A stretch of 64,000 bases of DNA from Eledone cirrhosa (Eukaryota), in the NCBI GenBank assembly GCA_964016885.1, contig OZ024749.1, positions 13,578,001 through 13,642,000 of the forward strand. The letters are read 5' to 3'. A program made the translations under genes and the position numbers. Below the pieces are notes generated by a model, which saw only the letters and a list, made by a program, of their open reading frames with translations, did not search any database and was not told the DNA's origin. Positions 13,406 to 26,875 of the stretch are shown one piece after another; the first letter of the stretch is position 1, and each line of letters starts with the position of its first letter.

Positions 13406-13667
13406 TATTGATTGTTTATATATATATTGTTGATTGTTGTATATATATATATATGTATGATTGTTTATATATATATATATATTGATTGTTTCATATGTTT
13501 ATTTTATATATATATATATATATATATGTCAATCAATTTCTAGTTGATATAAAATGCTCGGATCTATTCATTGGAATCTTGGTGCATATTCTACAGTGGA
13601 TATGGTGCATGTCTCTCTGACATGACACCCTTAATTTAATTTTGGATATATATACTATATATGTACG

Positions 13668-13746
13668 AACACACATATTCTCATATATCCTTGCTTATAT
13701 ATGTACCATACACCCTTCATACAGACACACAGACACATTGTATATA

Positions 13747-13782
<36 letters not shown>

Positions 13783-13863
13783 TATATACAATGTGTCTGT
13801 GTGTGTCTGTATGAAGGGTGTATGGTACATATATATGCAAGGATATATGAGAATATGTGTGTT
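13668..13863. repeat. Inverted duplication (~83-bp arms) centred on (TA)n
   Basis: 13668-13750 is the reverse complement of 13779-13863, with a TA spacer and minor arm differences. Confidence 0.9.
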
Positions 13864-14765
13864 TGTGCATCTTCATGCACAATATTCTAGACACACACAC
13901 ACACACTCTCTCTCACACACACACACTCTCTCTCACACACACACAAGCTCACACAGGGAGAGACACACATGTAAATGTAATAAAAACGAAAGCCGGGTTA
14001 AGAAAGCTGTATGTCTTTACTGAAAATAAATCTTTTGTGATGGGATCAAAGGTCAGAGTAGTTTTAGTGACCTAAGATCATGTGGTGTGTAGGGGGAGGG
14101 GTCAGGAAACACACTCACACAGCTAACTACACAAACACACACCCCACACACATATGCACGTATAACTACTCACACACATACGTACACATCTACATCCACT
14201 TATATTTATTCACACACAAAAAACACACATTCACGTATACACACTCACACATACATATACATATACTCATTCACCCGCACACAATCTTACACATATACTC
14301 ACTCTGCCTCTCTCTCACACACACACATATACTCATTCATATAAACACATTCTCACACACATAGGTGCACTAATAGAAATACATACGGGTACGCAGAAAC
14401 TGAAAATCAACAAAAGCGATATGTATGTATGTATAAATATATATATATATTTGTGTGTGTGTGAGTGTGAGTGTCCGTGCGTGCGCGCGTGAATGTGCGT
14501 GCGTGTGTGTGTGTATATATAAGTTATTATCATTTTGCCCTACCTTAGGTTTCAAGGTTGAGGTGTGGTAGTAAATCTACACTGTACACACCTTTTTCTT
14601 CTTACCTTCCCACGGCCATTTTAATTGCAAACACACACACGTATATTTATATATTTATATATATACATACGTACATAAATATATATATATATATATAAAT
14701 AGAATTAGTACATCTACCAACATATGTGTACAGATGTACACTCATTTGTACACTTATTTTACGTC

Positions 14766-14800
<35 letters not shown>

Positions 14801-14805
14801 CGTAC

Positions 14806-14846
<41 letters not shown>

Positions 14847-14851
14847 CGTGC

Positions 14852-14888
<37 letters not shown>

Positions 14889-14894
14889 TACATA

Positions 14895-14963
14895 AATACC
14901 CTAAGTATTGAGTACTTTGGTGCGTTATGGCCCACCTTGTTCCTTACCACATTTCCTTCGTTA
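14895..14963 (+). mobile_element. 3' terminal fragment of family F3 mini-element in a TA tract
   Basis: ccctaagtattgagtactttggtgcgttatggcccacc matches the reverse complement of 34082-34147 and 34869-34927. Confidence 0.75.
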
Positions 14964-14984
14964 TATATATATATATATATATAA

Positions 14985-15019
<35 letters not shown>

Positions 15020-15020
15020 A

Positions 15021-15094
<74 letters not shown>

Positions 15095-15345
15095 GTATGT
15101 ACATATGTATCTATGTATGTAGGTATGTAGGTAGGTATTTCCACATAAATATCATCTCCACGTCAATACGTACCTAAAGAGTGTCGGCAGACACGAAAGT
15201 ACTTGTTAAAATAATGAATAAAATGTGAAAATCCAGCTGTGGTGGATTTTGACAAATATATCACGAGCACAATTCAGTATACATTATATATATATATAAT
15301 GTATATATATAATTCAATATACATTATATATATATAATATATATT

Positions 15346-15536
15346 AAGGGCGGTGGATTGGCAGTATCGGTGGAAGGTCGGACGCCATGCTTTCCAGCAT
15401 AGTTACGTCCCTTTACGATCTGAGTTCAAATCCCGCCGAGGTTGACTTTGCCTTTCATCCTTACGGGGTCGATAAAATAAAAGTACCAGTAATGCACTGG
15501 GTAATTGCTGGCCTTGTGCCTATAGTAGAAACAATT
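15346..15536 (+). mobile_element. SINE family A
   Basis: Full-length match to 1197-1385. Confidence 0.9.
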
Positions 15537-15723
15537 ATATATATATATATTATATATATCCACCCCGCTTCACACCCCTGCCTTCTCATCCCTCCCCCTG
15601 CTTTCACCCAACGCCCACCAAGCCCAGCCTGAGATCCTTTCTCCACCAACTACATAATCGCCACAAACTTTTCCTCACCCCCCTCCTCCCACCCTGCTAT
15701 CTCCCCTCTGCTCTTCAACTCTC

Positions 15724-18425
15724 CTACCTTCTCTTCGCCAAAACCCGGCACTCCAGCCACATCCATTTCCTCAGCCACTGCCTCCGGCTCCACCTTATCC
15801 CCCTCGACTTCCGTCTACACTTCCACCCTTCCCCCGCCGCTTCCCCCTCCACGCAACGTATCCTCACCCGATCCTCACGCCTCCTGATGCGCAACTCCAT
15901 CCGCGCCTCCCGTTCCGCCCTCCGCCAACTTGACCACCAACTGACCCCCACCCTCCTCCGCCTTAACTCCACCTGCCACCCCCTCCTCGCCCAAGCCATC
16001 CTCTCCTTCATCCAAAACCTCAACCACAACCTCTTCTCCTTCCTCAGCTCCACCAAAGCCCGCAAGCTACACTCACTCCTCCCAACCACCCCCATCCACC
16101 ACCCGCCCATCCCCATACGCCCACCACTCTCCACCTCTCCCTCGACCCACACCCCTACCCAATCTCCACCCTCCACCTCACCCCTCACCACACCCTCCCT
16201 TCCCCCCCAAACACCCAAACCCCACCACTTGTTGTCACCATACCCCCTGACCTCCCTCTCTCCGCACCTGAGCGCTCACTCCTTAGTAGAAGCCTTCGCT
16301 TCATACCCCACACTCCGCACAGCGACGAGTTCCGCACCCGAATGGAAGTCGAGCGATTCGTGCGACGCACTAAGCTACAGGCACATTTCGGCCGAACGCC
16401 ACCGGCTCCGGACGCCCCAGACCCGTTTCTCGTCCTGGGCCGACGACCATCTTCTTGGACGCCGGCCCCAGGGCAATTTAGCACCCAGGACGCCTTCGTC
16501 GATGCCAGCCGTAGCGCAGTAAATCGTTTCGACTTCCGCCACCGTTCCAAACGGTACAACATCTCATGGGGCGAACTCCTCGCTCTCCGCTCCCTCCGTA
16601 GCCGAGATGACATCGTCATCAAACCAGCGGACAAGGGAGGCGCCGTAGTGGTGTGGCGCGCGGACCTCTACACGGCCGAAGCCCTCAGGCAGCTCTGTAA
16701 CCCCTCTTCTACCGCCCTCTACCCTCCGATCCCACCCCCCTCTACCAACAACAAGTCTCCTCCACCATCAAAGACCTTATCGCCTCCTCCCTCCTCCCCC
16801 CCACCGCTTCCCACCTCATCGTCCGAACCCCCCGCACCCCACCATCTACTTCCTCCCCAAACTCCACAAACCCGACAACCTCGGCCGCCCCATCGTCTCC
16901 GCTTGCAACTGTCCCACCGAACTCATCTCCGCCTTTCTCGACTCCATCCTCGCCCCCCTTGTCACCACCCTCCCCTCCCACATCTCCGACACCAACCACG
17001 CCCTGCGCCTTTTCGACTCCTTCACCTACCCACCCGGCCCACAGCCCTTCCTCTTCACCCTAGACATCAAGTCCCTCTATACCGTCATCCCCAACGCCGA
17101 CGGCCTACGCGCCCTCAAACACTACCTCGACCTTCGTCCCTCCCCCATTCCCTCCACCCCCACCCTCCTTCGCCTCGCCGAGCTGGTCCTCACCCTGAAT
17201 TGTTTCTCCTTCTCGGGTGAGTTTTACCAACAGGTCACGGGGGTAGCCATGGGTACAAGAATGGGCCAGAACTATGCCAACCTTTTTGTTGGCCATGTTG
17301 AGGCCCAAATCTTTGCCCAGTACACCGGCCCCACGCCCGAACTGTACGGTCGTTACATTGACGACTGTATCGGAGCCACGACCCTCACCCGAGAACAGCT
17401 CGGCTCCTTCCTCTCTTTCTTCTGCTCCTTCCACCCCTCCCTCCACTTCACCACCTCTATCTCCACCACCCACGTCCACTTCTTAGAGATCTCCGTCGCC
17501 TTCGACCCCTCCCACCACTCCCTCGTCACCCCCGCCTTCTTCAAACCCACCGACTCCCACTCTTACCTCGACTTCACCTCTTCCCACCCCACCCATACTA
17601 AACACTCCATTCCCTACTCCCAACTTCTCAGGATCCGCCGCCTCTGTAGCCGAGATGCTGACTTTGAGTCCCAAGCCCTTTCCCTAGTCAGCCATTTCAT
17701 CCGCAGAGGTTCCCCCCCCCCCCCCCCTCTCTCGTCCACACCGCCCTCACCCGCGCCCGTGCTGTCCCCCGCTCCACCACCCTCACCCCACGCCACCGCA
17801 CACCCACCCACCGTCTCCCCTTCCACATCACCTACCACCCCTCCACCTTACCCCTCCACCGCACCATCCGCCGCCTCTTCCGACGCCTCCAGTCTGACCC
17901 CTCCACCTCCCACATCTTCCCAACCCCACCACTCCCCTCCTTCAAACGCGCACGCAATCTCCGCACCCTCCTCGTCCACAGCTCCCTACCCCCCAACCCA
18001 CGCTCTGTTCCCCCCTCCCGGTTCCTTTCCCTGTTCTAGGCCCCGCTGCAACACCTGTCCCCACATCACCAACACCACCACCTTCCAGGGTCCCAACGGC
18101 CACTCTCTCTCTGTTCGGCATGCCTTCCGCTGCACCTCCTCCAACCTAGTCTACGGACTTCGCGACTTATGTCGGACAGACGGGACGTCGCCTGGCGGAC
18201 CGATTCACTGAGCACCTCCGGGATATTCGTCTCGGGGGTAGTTCCCCCATCGCCCGCCACTTTGGTGGCCCTGGACATTCCGCACGCCATCTCACAGTCT
18301 GTGGCCTACTCCAGTGCCATGGAACACCCGCCAATCGCCTTAGAGTCGAACAAAGAACTATCTTCATCTTACAGACCCACACTCCCCCCGGCCTGAACTC
18401 CCCACCCTTATCCTTTAGCCTTCGA
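15724..18425 (+). pseudogene. PLE reverse transcriptase + GIY-YIG endonuclease, frameshifted
   Basis: Motifs across frames: HIHFLSHCL, IKPADKGGAVVVW, DIKSLYT, GVAMGTRMGQNYANLF, RYIDDC, CSRPRCNTCPHI (Cys cluster before GIY-YIG, typical of Neptune), CTSSNLVY, YVGQTGRRLADRFTEH, QTHTPPGLN. Confidence 0.92.
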
Positions 18426-19905
18426 CCGCCCCCCTCCCCCCACACTTATCCCCCACTAACACCACTAACACACCCCTCCTTTTCACCGCCCACCCCACAA
18501 CTAACAATACTAACACCTCCACTCTACCCCTCATCTGACCAGCCTTCCCCAACTAACATACTAACATCCCTCCCTTCTTCTCCTCCTCCCCCCTCCTTAT
18601 CACACGCACACACCCACCGGCACATATATACACGCGCTCACACTAAACACATACCCTACTACCACCACTAACCCTCACCCCCACACCTCCATCCCACCAC
18701 CCCGCAACTAACCTCACTAACACCCCCTGACCCCAAGCACACGAACACACGCACCCACTTACACCACCCACCCCACACGCAACTAACATCACTAACACCC
18801 CCCAACTCCATGCACACGTACCCACACACCCTCGTACACCACCATCTCTACACACCCTACCACCATTAACCCCCACTCACACCTGCATTCAACCCCTCCC
18901 CACCTCCCGTATACTAACACCCACTAACACCCCTTCATCAAACTACACACACACCAGTACACCACACTCCCTCCATAGAACTACACACACCCTTCTCTCC
19001 CCGCTCCACCCACACCCTCGCTCCACACTCACTCATCCCACTAACACCTCTACTAATACACACACACACACCCTCCTCACTCCAACTTTCACACCTACCC
19101 ATCCTCGCCCCTTTACCATTCCACCGACTGCTGCTATGCCCTCTGACCACCTCCCAGCACAAACAGACACACAGCACTCCCACTGCTTGACCACTTCCTG
19201 TTGCGCGCGCACCCCACATCTCTCCTCTTCCGACCATCGCTTCATGGAATACTCGTACGTAGAACTTGACCACCACAGAATCCACTAAACATCATCGGAT
19301 TTTACCAACTTTTCAACCATCCTCTTACGTATTCACCTATATAACTCACCCACACACACACCCCAAACATTTTTTTTTCTCCACACGCCACCTACACCCA
19401 CAACACGCTTAAACCCCACACACACGTGCTTTCCACCACATATTTACACCCTCAGCCTCCTGATTCCTCTCCCCCCACCCCTCTATCCACACACGCACAG
19501 ACACTCCGACCTACAACCCCCCACACAAACCTCTTCCTGAACATGCAACCCCGTTCTTCCCCCAACCCTTACTTTCACATACACACACACACACACACAC
19601 ACGTACACCTACACACACACCACCACCTTCAGCCCTCCCCGCTCGGACACCCCGTCTCCCTCTCCCCACTCCACCCACCACCACCCCTACACACCCCACT
19701 CCTTCCACCACCTGTTTTACCCCCTTTTAATTTCAGTTTATTTTGATCATGCTTTTATATTTAAATTTATTTCATTCCTTGTATTTTGATCATGCTTTAT
19801 TTTTATTTTTATTTTTATTTCTAATTTCATTCGCACCATTTCCTTTCGCTATATGTCTCTCCACCACTCCCCTACACACCCTTTGAACTCTGTTCCCACA
19901 CACTT

Positions 19906-19942
19906 CTCACCTGAGGAAGGGCTTATGCCCGAAACGTCGTTC
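19906..19942 (+). ncRNA. Minimal PLE pLTR hammerhead ribozyme
   Basis: ac-CTGAGGA-a-gggc-ttat-gccc-GAAA-cg-tc-gt. The palindromic ACGT stem III is typical of dimeric PLE hammerheads. Confidence 0.85.
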
Positions 19943-20057
19943 CCCACCAACACCCCACTCTCCAGAGCGTGAAATTAATAAACATTCGTTGTACTGCCTC
20001 TCTGTTTTGTTCCTGTTCAAATTTTTCCATTATATATATATATATATATAATAGTAA

Positions 20058-20128
20058 TTATTTCTACTTTTGGCACAAGGCCAGCAATTATCCCAGTTCA
20101 TTACTGGTACTTTATTTTATTGACCGCG
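20058..20128 (-). mobile_element. SINE family A, 3' fragment
   Basis: tttctacttttggcacaaggccagcaatta...ttactggtactttattttattgacc. Confidence 0.8.
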
Positions 20129-20828
20129 TAATAATAGTAATGAAAATAATAATGTGTATAACCGAAGTTGCTGCTGTGAGTAGCACATTCACAATCAATT
20201 TTTGAAAGTTGTCATAAAGCACTCTAAGAGAGAGTAATCAATAAATTAGTCCTCAGAGTAATCAACATAAATTAGATAATAGTGACTGACACAATGAAAA
20301 ATGTGAGCAGATGCGCGTTGCCACTTTAATACTACAACAACGAAAATTACAGACAGGTTAAACATGAACCTGAATACAGACATATCATTCACGAGTCGAG
20401 TTTCCTCGATCCAATGAACAGGACTCTTTCTATTTGTCTCGATCTAGCATTTTCTCTCCTGCATCGTGTCAGCACATAGCATATCCAGATACATTGTTAC
20501 AGGACGACCTCTACTTCTATTTAATATAGAAATATCTTCTACAGGACTAGAACTGTTTCATTCGTACAGAAATTATCAAAAATAACATTCCTGATGATCC
20601 CACGACATTACTCCGGATTGAGTCTGCGCAACTATGAACATGTGTATAATTGTGCATATGTGTGCAAATGTGTACGTATAAATGTGCATGTGTATGTATA
20701 AAATTTTGCGTAAGTATGTGTATGTGTGCATATGCTTCTCCCTAAATATGCGTGTATGCACATTTCTATGTATGATTGTACGTATGTATGTGTGCAGGTG
20801 TATGTGTATGTGTGTGTGTGTATGTATG

Positions 20829-20867
<39 letters not shown>

Positions 20868-20868
20868 C

Positions 20869-20939
<71 letters not shown>

Positions 20940-21379
20940 TACATATATGTATATATGTATAGGTATATATACATACACACACACACACGCACATATATAT
21001 ATATATGCATGTATGTATGTATATACGTATGTATGTGTGTATATATGTATGTGTATGTATATATGTATGTGTATATATATGTATGTATATATGTATATGC
21101 ATAAGAATGTGTGTATGCATATATGTATATATGTATGTATCTCTATATATATATGTGTGTGTGTGTGCGTGTGCTTGTGTGTGTGTGTGCGTGTGCTTGT
21201 GTGTGTGTGTGTAAGAATGTGTGAGTCATTCTTCTCTAACATCTCAATCGATCAAACGTGTTGAAACCGGAAGTAAACATTTCCAATCGCGGCCACCATG
21301 ATTATCTTCACCGGAAGTTTGACTCAGTAGCTCATGTTGTCGTTCTTGATGTTATTATCGTTGCTGTCGTTGTAATTCT

Positions 21380-21639
21380 TGTAGTAGCAGCAGTAGTAGT
21401 AGTAGTAGTAGTAGTAGCAGCAGCAGCTGTAGTAGCAGTAGTAGTAGTGGTGGTGATAGCAGTAGTAGTAGTGGTGGTGGTAGTCGTAGTAGTAGTGGTA
21501 GTAGTAGTAGTAGTAGTAGCAGCAGCAGCAGCAGCAGTAGCAGTAGCAGCAGTAGTAATAGTAGTAGCAGCAGCAGCAGTAGTAGTAGTAGTAATAGTAG
21601 TAGTAGTAGCAGTAGCAGCACAGCACCAGCAGCAGTAGC

Positions 21640-21683
<44 letters not shown>

Positions 21684-21881
21684 CAGCAGCAGCAGCACCA
21701 GCAGCAGTAGCAGTAGCAGTAGCAGTAGTAGTAGTAGTAATAGTAGTAGTAGTAGCAGTAGCAGCACAGCACCAGCAGCAGTAGCAGTAGCAGTAGCAGT
21801 AGTAGTAGTAGTAGTAGCAGCAGCAGCAGCAGCACCAGCAGCAGTAGCAGTAGTAGTAGTAGTAATAGTAGTAGCAGCAGC

Positions 21882-21934
<53 letters not shown>

Positions 21935-22022
21935 CAGCAGCAGCACAGAACCAGCAGCACCAGTAGCAGTAGCAGTAGCAGCAGTAGTAATAGTAGTAGT
22001 AGTGTTGATGATGATGATGATG
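21380..22022. repeat. Compound (GTA)n/(GCA)n trinucleotide array
   Basis: Direct reading; internal blocks recur, e.g. gcacagcaccagcagc. Confidence 0.9.
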
Positions 22023-22110
22023 TTAATATATTATAGCTGTGTTGTTTCAGTTATTCTTGTTTTTTAATTTAGGTTGTTGTTGTTGACTGGTGTATATCTA
22101 TCTATCTATC

Positions 22111-22151
<41 letters not shown>

Positions 22152-22186
22152 TCTCTCCCTCTCTTTCTCTCCCTCTCTTTCTCTCT

Positions 22187-22274
<88 letters not shown>

Positions 22275-22343
22275 ATATTATATATATAAAGGGCGATGTA
22301 GGTAGGTAGATAGATAGGCAGACAGGCAGGCAGACCGACAGAC

Positions 22344-22376
<33 letters not shown>

Positions 22377-22387
22377 TATACACACAC

Positions 22388-22428
<41 letters not shown>

Positions 22429-22813
22429 ATTTATAGATAGACAGATAGATAGATAGATAGATAGATATACAGTTACATATTCACAAAAATACGTATACAC
22501 ATACACATACACATACACCAAAATCACATATATTCGTCTGTCAAAACAAATAGACATTTTCCAGGAGCGACAACAACAATAACAACAGGAACAACTGTTA
22601 AGAGATCGATATAGTGATCAATAGAGTAAAGACTCCAATTAAGAGCGAAATATTTTGGACAAAATCTGGTTTTATTGGAAGATTAGGGATATTGGTTTTC
22701 ATTCTAGTGGAGCCGTGTCGTCAATAACGACTGCAATATCGTTGAATGAGGCCACGGTTGGGATATCATATGGAGCAGGATTATTGGATATATGTTTTGA
22801 TAAGTAAATGTTA

Positions 22814-22930
22814 GAAGCGCATGACTTAGTGGTTAGAGAATTGGATTCACAATGATGAGGTTGTGAGTTCGATTCTAGGACCCGACTATGCGTTAAGTCC
22901 TCGAGAAAGACACTTTATTTCACGTTGTTT
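22814..22930 (+). mobile_element. tRNA-derived SINE family B, degraded 5' part
   Basis: A-box-like tgacttagtggttag, B-box gagttcgattc, then cactttatttcacgttg as in the copy at 29543-29807. Confidence 0.65.
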
Positions 22931-23294
22931 TGTTTTTTCTGCCAGGAGTTGCGACAGGAAAATAGTATCAGTAATTGGAAAGACCAATGGAAACCTTGTT
23001 TCATTGGTCGGTTTAACAGTAGGCGAATGAGGTCTGGCGATAAATCAAGGGTTTGCTGTAGAGAAACAAGTATAAAAATGCTATTTTAATCATTTATTTC
23101 TATGATATAATTACATAAATGAAATACCGGATTAAATGTATGAGTGACTTTGGAGAAATAACTATTTTGGGGGACAACATTAAGGATTAGAACCCAACAA
23201 CATGTCACTGGAAGGTTAACTTATAATAGCAACGTAAATAACAAGTGCATTGAGTGCATGTGTGCACATTTTAAAGAGTAATGTTAGAGCTTAT

Positions 23295-23505
23295 AAGAAC
23301 CGTGGGTCGGATGTATCGGAATAGACTCGGACATCATGCTTTGTGGCATAGAGTTACGTTCCTTTACGTTCTGAGTTCAAATCCCGCCGAGGTTAGCTTT
23401 GCTTTTCATCCTTACTGAGTCAATAAAATAAAGTACCAGTAATGCGTTGGGGTCCACTTCCCCTTCCATTCTCATTGCTAGCCTTGTGCCTAAAGTTGAA
23501 ACAAA
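23295..23505 (+). mobile_element. SINE family A, diverged
   Basis: ctgagttcaaatcccgccgaggttagctttgcttttcatcc...agccttgtgcctaaagttgaaac. Confidence 0.8.
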
Positions 23506-23615
23506 TATGAGACAAGTTTCCCAGACGAAACAAAGACAGAGACTTCAGAGTTTGTCACACAGACAATTCCTTCAAAATTAATCGAGGGTCTGTACAATTG
23601 ACCAACATATCTCTC

Positions 23616-23685
<70 letters not shown>

Positions 23686-23729
23686 GTTTTGCCTTTTGTA
23701 TTTTTACGATATTTTATATGCGATAAATT

Positions 23730-23975
23730 AACAGAGTCGTTAGAAGGTCGGATGGAATGCTTTTCGGTATTTGTTCCGGTTCTCTGCTCTCTGAGTTCAA
23801 ATCCTACCGAGGTTAACTTTGCCCTTCAACCTTCCGAGGTCGATAAAAAGAGTACCAGTCAAGTACTGAGGTTGATTCTTCTTCTATATCTTTTTCTCTC
23901 TTCCATTCTCTCACTTTTTGCTTTCTCTGGAAGAAATCCTCTGTGTTCAGACCTGGAGAGGAGATGGGCTCCGCC
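23730..23975 (+). mobile_element. SINE family A-related, old subfamily with a different tail
   Basis: Family A core plus the tail tggaagaaatc...gagatgggctccg, shared with 27451-27720. Confidence 0.65.
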
Positions 23976-24090
23976 ATGTTTTAGAAAGAAATACGCTAAG
24001 GAACGTCCTATGTCAATATGGCATCCAAGCTACGGAGAACTGTTGGGTAACTGCTGAATTTTCCACAACCAAACTCGATTCTTCTTTGCT

Positions 24091-24149
<59 letters not shown>

Positions 24150-25309
24150 TACGCATATATATACACACACATACGTACACATAAGCACATATACATATAC
24201 ACTTTTATGGAAATATACACCCTCTTTTTGTGAGTATTCACATCATTTTTTGCTCTGCACATACAGACACACACACATATACATACACATACATATGCAC
24301 ACACCCACACATACACATACACATACACACGTTATAAACGTGTGTGTTTTGGAATAAGTAACAATAGATTAAATAGCAATGAATTTTTCGTTACTTCATG
24401 AATAGACAATTTTATCCGCATATTTCATCGCTGTATTTCTTGCAGTGTTATTGATTGTGTAAATTTGTCTTGGTATTGCCAACATCCCAGAATAAACCAA
24501 TTGTGATACATATTTCATATTTCATATTTTATATTTCATATTTCATATTTCCTTTTACATTTTACTTTCACATTTCGTAGAATAATTTTCCTTTTAAAAA
24601 AAATTGATTTATTTTTACAATGCCGGAAAGAGCGTGGTGTATATTTACGGAAAAACTCAAAAATTCATAAAATAAACATTTAAAAAAAGCTATGTATTCG
24701 CCAGAAAATAAAATGTGATCACTATTTTTTACAGAGTTTTCTGTGGTGCATGGGGGTAGATCGGATATTAAAGACCATTTTGAATTCTCCAAAGCGTAAA
24801 GAGAGTTTTATTGCTGGTTCGTCACGATATGATATTTGTTAATATGTATTTTTTAAAGTTAGAAATAATCAAATTTGCTGCTAAAGAAACCACATTTGCT
24901 TTTCAAACCATTTCTCATAACTTGAGTTTCAATAAATCCAACTGGTCGTCAAAATTGTCGCCAAACTTATTTCACTCAACGTTTTTATCTCGCGTGGATA
25001 AAACGTGAACCATAATTTTAAATGTAAAAGCACCAATGGCTAAATTTGATCATTCTGAAGACTTGACAGAGGCAAATTCATGGATGCTTCAAATCGAAAA
25101 AATTTTAAAATGATACATTTCATTATTTGATATCCTTGGTCAAGGTGTCGTACAAGTCAATGTTTTGGATATACACACTTTTCCATGTGAGACGGCAGAT
25201 ATCTTGATTAATATCTTAATGTCAGGTATAGACAATCACTGGTTGACTTTCTGACAATCACAAGTTAACCTTAGTGTCAGATATTGGCCCAATCACGTGT
25301 TGTCCTTCT

Positions 25310-25715
25310 GACAATCACTGGTTGACCTTAGTGTCAGGTATTGGCAATCACTGGTTGACCTTAGTGTCAGGTATTGGCAATCACTGGTTGACCTTAGTGT
25401 CAGGTATTGGCAATCACTGTTTGACCTTAGTGTCAGGTATTGGCAATCACTGGTTGACCTTAGTGTCAGGTATTGGCAATCACTGGTTGATCTTAGTGTC
25501 AGGTATTGGCAATCACTGGTTGACCTTAGTGTCAGGTATTGGCAATAATGAGTTGACCTTAGTGTCAGATATTGGCAATCACTGGTTGACCTTAGTGTCA
25601 GGTATTGGCAATAATGGGTTGACCTTAGTGTCAGGTATTGGCAATCATGGGTTGACCTTAGTGTCAGGTATTGGCAATAATGGGTTGACCTTAGTATCAG
25701 GTATTAGCAATCATG
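25310..25715. repeat. 33-bp minisatellite (~12 copies) inside the hAT pseudogene
   Basis: Unit ggcaatcactggttgaccttagtgtcaggtatt. Confidence 0.95.
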
Positions 25716-26518
25716 GCTTGCCCTTCCGACAATCAGTGGTTGACCTTAATGTTAGTTAGTGACAACCGCAGGTTAGCGGGGAAAGTTGTTGGAATTTGAG
25801 GAGACAATTGCAACACAAATTTTGATGTAAAACGAAAATGCAAGACCACCACATGTAGCTGAATAAGAACCACAACTGAAAGGGGTCTAGTTGATATTGG
25901 CCGTGTTGCACACATTGAGTACAATTGTCTCCAAACAGCCGTTGATTTATTACCAATTTATATTGAAGCCCATACTGTAACCCTTTTCATATATCGTCAA
26001 ATATACACAGTTCATGTAACACGGCGAAAAGAATTTTGTGAATTTGCCGGAATAGAATACAAAAGCTATTACAATATGGTAATACCAGATTTTTGTCAAT
26101 GCTACCGGTGGTTGAAAGAATTCTTAACATTTTTGTCGGCTTGAAATCCTACTTTTATTCCCAGGAACTTTATAACGGACTGATAAAGCATTTCTTTGAA
26201 AATGGTTTTCAATAAGTGTATTCATGGTTTGTACGTGGACAGCTTAGCCTTTTCAACAAATCGATTCTGGGCTTGGAAAAGGACAATTCCAAAGCAGCAA
26301 ATATCAAACTAGAAATACAAAATCCGATTCCAAATATAGAACAACAAATACACTGTTGATTTGTGCCTTGTGTTGTAAAGGCCTTGCTAAGAAAACTTAT
26401 AGAAAATGATGAAACATTGAAAATGTGAAGAAAGAATCTAAATGTGTTTAAGAAACATCTCTTTCATGCCTAGACTTATGGAAAGCGAACTTTGAAAAGG
26501 TGGAAGAATCAGTGTGGT

Positions 26519-26875
26519 TAAATCTGGAGATATATCTAGTCCAGTGTTGAGCAGTCTGCAGTTAAATCTGGAGATATATCTAGTCCAGTGTTGAGCAGTC
26601 TGCAGTTAAATCTGGAGATATGTCTAGTCCAGTGTTGAGCAGTCTGCAGTAAAATCTGAAGATATGTCTAGTCCAGTGTTGAGCACTCTGCAGTAAAATC
26701 TGGAGATATATCTAGTCCAGTGTTGAGCAGTCTGCAGTTAAATCTGGAGATATTTCTAGTCCAGTGTTGAACAGTTTGCAGTTAAATCTGGAGATATTTC
26801 TAGTCCAGTGTTGAGCAGTTTGCAGTTAAATCTGGAGATATTTCTAGTCCAGTGTTGAGCAGTCTGCAGTTAAAT
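26519..26875. repeat. 44-bp minisatellite (8 copies) inside the hAT pseudogene
   Basis: Unit aaatctggagatatatctagtccagtgttgagcagtctgcagtt. Confidence 0.95.

Larger units (their letters stand above)
15560..20030 (+). mobile_element. Penelope-like retroelement (Neptune-type), near full length, flanked by TA tracts
   Basis: RT plus GIY-YIG coding remnant, a long C-rich 3' region, a terminal hammerhead at 19911, AATAAA near 19977, and an end that runs into (TA)n. Confidence 0.9.

Noticed and set aside
22620-22805. Possible host coding exon
   Set aside because: Only short open frames, no recognisable domain and no clear acceptor site.
25274-25759. 161-aa repeat protein (LTLVSGIGNHW)n, or a CRISPR-like array
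   Set aside because: The units are head-to-tail with no unique spacers and derive from hAT pseudogene sequence.
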